Part shown: positions 63,001-64,000 of the stretch, one piece after another
Numbering within the stretch: the stretch's first letter is position 1
Layout of the letters: each line of letters begins with the position of its first letter
Translations under genes and position numbers: made by a program
IMG/VR virus record: IMGVR_UViG_3300007539_000009
Location: 32,001 to 96,000 of that record
Reading direction: 5' to 3' (one strand)
Length of the DNA stretch: 64,000 bases
DNA from: a virus
Notes under the pieces: generated by a model
Seen by the model: only the letters and a program-made list of their open reading frames with translations
Database searches by the model: none
Told to the model about the DNA's origin: nothing

Positions 63001-64000
63001 ACCGTACATCCAATGATTCCGCCGATTCAGCGACAATACGCTCGGACAGTCGACCAAACCCGTCTATGTTGCCGTCAGCCTCTAATTGGCGAAACTCGAG
63101 GATAGGTAGGGCGGGGCGCAGGAACTCACCGGCTGCTTTGTACGTCATCGCTACTGTCATGTCGTAGCGATACACCGGCAAAGTGCGCGTGACGTTAGCT
63201 ACCGACTTAGGGAAGATCGCCCACGACATCGGCTCTTGGTCTTGCGCTGCAGGAGGCTGAGCAAACAGCACGTTAGCCGACTGGTTAATTACCAGAGCTA
63301 GCGTGAAAGTAGTTTGCGTAGCTCCGACGTTGAGGTTGCTGATCGTGCCGACGCCCGGTAGCGGCGCTTCAACGACAAAAATGTCTCCATCGCGCAGACC
63401 TGTGACACCTACGACTTGAAATCGTGGCAATGCGTTGATCACCGCTGCAGATGCGTCAATCGTCACCGTCCAGGTGTCTACGCCAAACTCAGACGTAGCC
63501 GCAATACTGATGCCTGAGATGCCGTCAGTCAGCTGGTTGGCTACGTGCTGAATACTGACATCAGCAGGAGGAACTACGGTCAGGCCATGATATGTGAAGC
63601 GATCTAGCTGAGGATTGCCAGCATTAACGGTGTCGCCTGGAATAAACGCAATGCCGCTATAGTTCAGCAGCAACTGCCCTACTCGATACACCCCGGAGTT
63701 TGTGTCGTTGAACGTGTCCGTCAGCGGCAGTGCATCACCCGGCTTCTGACGCACCTCGTACTGCTCGCGAGCGAACGACGGACCATCCTTGAGCTGCACC
63801 GTGCCTGTGTGCACGAACGGATGCTGGAAGATCAGATCAGAGGTGTAATTCTCTAGCGGCAGCTCCAGCGGTACGGCAAACAGATCGTCCAACACCTTGC
63901 CATCAATCGTGCTGAACTGCTTGAGCACCCGCAGTCCCGCCTTCTTGTAACCAAGCGGGATGAACTCAAGTCCGGTGACTAGGCGAGAGCTAGGGAACTG
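60005..64000 (-). CDS. Large tail fibre protein with collar and LamG/concanavalin-like domains (5' end lies outside the window)
   Basis: The frame is open to base 64000. Collar motif ISPGTVVMYAGGGICPPGF; LamG-like VDLWFK...GGWFHVAALF...IDHLRI; H-x-H motifs; C-terminal TLCQKL. Confidence 0.7.
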   Translation of the reverse strand, partial: QFPSSRLVTGLEFIPLGYKKAGLRVLKQFSTIDGKVLDDLFAVPLELPLENYTSDLIFQHPFVHTGTVQLKDGPSFAREQYEVRQKPGDALPLTDTFNDTNSGVYRVGQLLLNYSGIAFIPGDTVNAGNPQLDRFTYHGLTVVPPADVSIQHVANQLTDGISGISIAATSEFGVDTWTVTIDASAAVINALPRFQVVGVTGLRDGDIFVVEAPLPGVGTISNLNVGATQTTFTLALVINQSANVLFAQPPAAQDQEPMSWAIFPKSVANVTRTLPVYRYDMTVAMTYKAAGEFLRPALPILEFRQLEADGNIDGFGRLSERIVAESAESLDVRFELPNGNEDLTYRRYVNRIIREFTVPQDGRAALRIQPPQSGDAGEFSGLVKSIEATTETIGGSPVEVVSVAIDLGVPTILIPDWLAVGKVALLTSTPGVFADQPWINTLLDVQPQIRVLTSSIDTSGATSVVTVTSSYLPSFGNFFFAQNQPWPAGTVNEVPIMSSIAEGAVRCQVSDVYACKGDITQRVAISDDNALPPGTTLNDTVSVDPLVHRVDLLDNVISPGTVVMYAGGGICPPGFKRLQGFANSGTAPVVTLPLPSSTTYDSITDRTTLVWNNEEFSLLDEAGAPIELIGATNVESLEVGTGNVNFETIEFPSFQQLMQPGMQVRFNGATIPPAELAELSVSDEPGNAIQLGGGDQGFYRGGLGSAQSLVPTNEAIVDLWFKYNPGAFDNSQEHWIANTVNIDDNNTAKRVGWGIKILTDGRLQAVMYIRANSTYLTSTATTDDVIDWANPTASGSTVGGWFHVAALFKAGSSFDFAANPGSGANYGATMVVSGAAYNVQSTTRVPFANQVTGTGIPINDDSVFLQVGAAEVLSGNPISTADVTIDHLRIGAPNEDLTTYAQATWNNAKGTPVLPSTILAEYTLYGDYRFDTPSFGVVTNQVGPTGASSALTAASFFDLASVPGHVKAVLPNVGITLDSFRAAAEDQDPAFLITDVNNRTSQLVGSLVSAVPTDPSGNTGGQGQGVVGYPNFVGLGGLVSQNQGQQPTPPVGPSAEEQTETFSDGLPFDINVGTSLLFEGGVPVGYYGVRKTQFLGGPPVPLAGSSSVFEPSVGDVLWLSVVDKTVGTIVRCTAINQFNLTNGDPARRYIFKRYDGQQLFGTEITEEISDIGVISVRPAKLYGVGQHTIDGNGNVAIAGVVQTNAQTDIGQVWSTRALESSTTLTVAGQLELPEDVVSLRVEAGGYVRYDEPDTQMNYGSGGHSHEILNGSGGPTGPTLPRVKETGSTSGGAFDTEDIPFTPVAAEHDHGFLDTYRFPMPLARLVTLCQKL

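Noticed and set aside
1-64000. Alternative genetic code (stop-codon reassignment)
   Set aside because: Conserved genes (RNAP, TerL, portal, MCP) are intact under the standard code and end at TGA, TAA or TAG with normal coupled overlaps.
1-64000. Bacterial chromosomal rpoBC locus or a eukaryotic giant virus
   Set aside because: No ribosomal-protein operon context. The RNAP is flanked by portal, terminase, sheath, tube and spike genes of a tailed phage.
1-64000. tRNA, rRNA, tape measure and baseplate wedge genes
   Set aside because: None recognisable. Intergenic gaps are too short for tRNAs except 2928-3187, which shows no cloverleaf. Tape measure and wedge genes probably lie outside the window.
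1-64000. Apparent abundance of CTAG and GATC tetramers
   Set aside because: Impression only. It needs a Markov-corrected k-mer count, which I could not run.

Overview
The window is a 64-kb piece of a large (jumbo-type) tailed-phage genome with a contractile tail. It is GC-rich and almost fully coding, and I saw no rRNA, tRNA or CRISPR array. Bases 1-4161 (+ strand) form a non-structural block: a RuvC-like resolvase, a sigma-70-family factor and small hypothetical genes, two of which share a 57-bp structured leader. Bases 4292-64000 (- strand) form one very long, tightly coupled virion block: tail tube, a large sheath, neck proteins, major capsid protein, cement, four small scaffold-like genes, prohead protease, terminase, spike, a single-chain beta-beta' RNA polymerase with an intein, portal, and several large fibre proteins. 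A small accessory cassette sits at 49087-51125. Five observations stand out. (1) A K-x-A motif, extended to F/Y-x-D-E-L-x-K-[IL]-A near many N-termini, is strongly concentrated in about 18 head-associated ORFs and was near background in the one tail protein counted; it looks like a capsid-targeting and prohead-protease cleavage system, including an apparent polyprotein. (2) The bacterial-like RNAP is fused, sits inside the structural operon, lacks the beta' zinc-binding domain, has a remodelled rifampicin pocket and is accompanied by a phage sigma. (3) Ser-Pro dipeptides are strongly enriched in a subset of exterior virion proteins. (4) The duplicated hairpin leader and a nearby H-type pseudoknot lie in the early block. 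(5) A neck protein is fused to about 26 tandem 22-aa repeats. All family calls come from motifs recognised by eye, and all counts are hand counts; no database searches were run.
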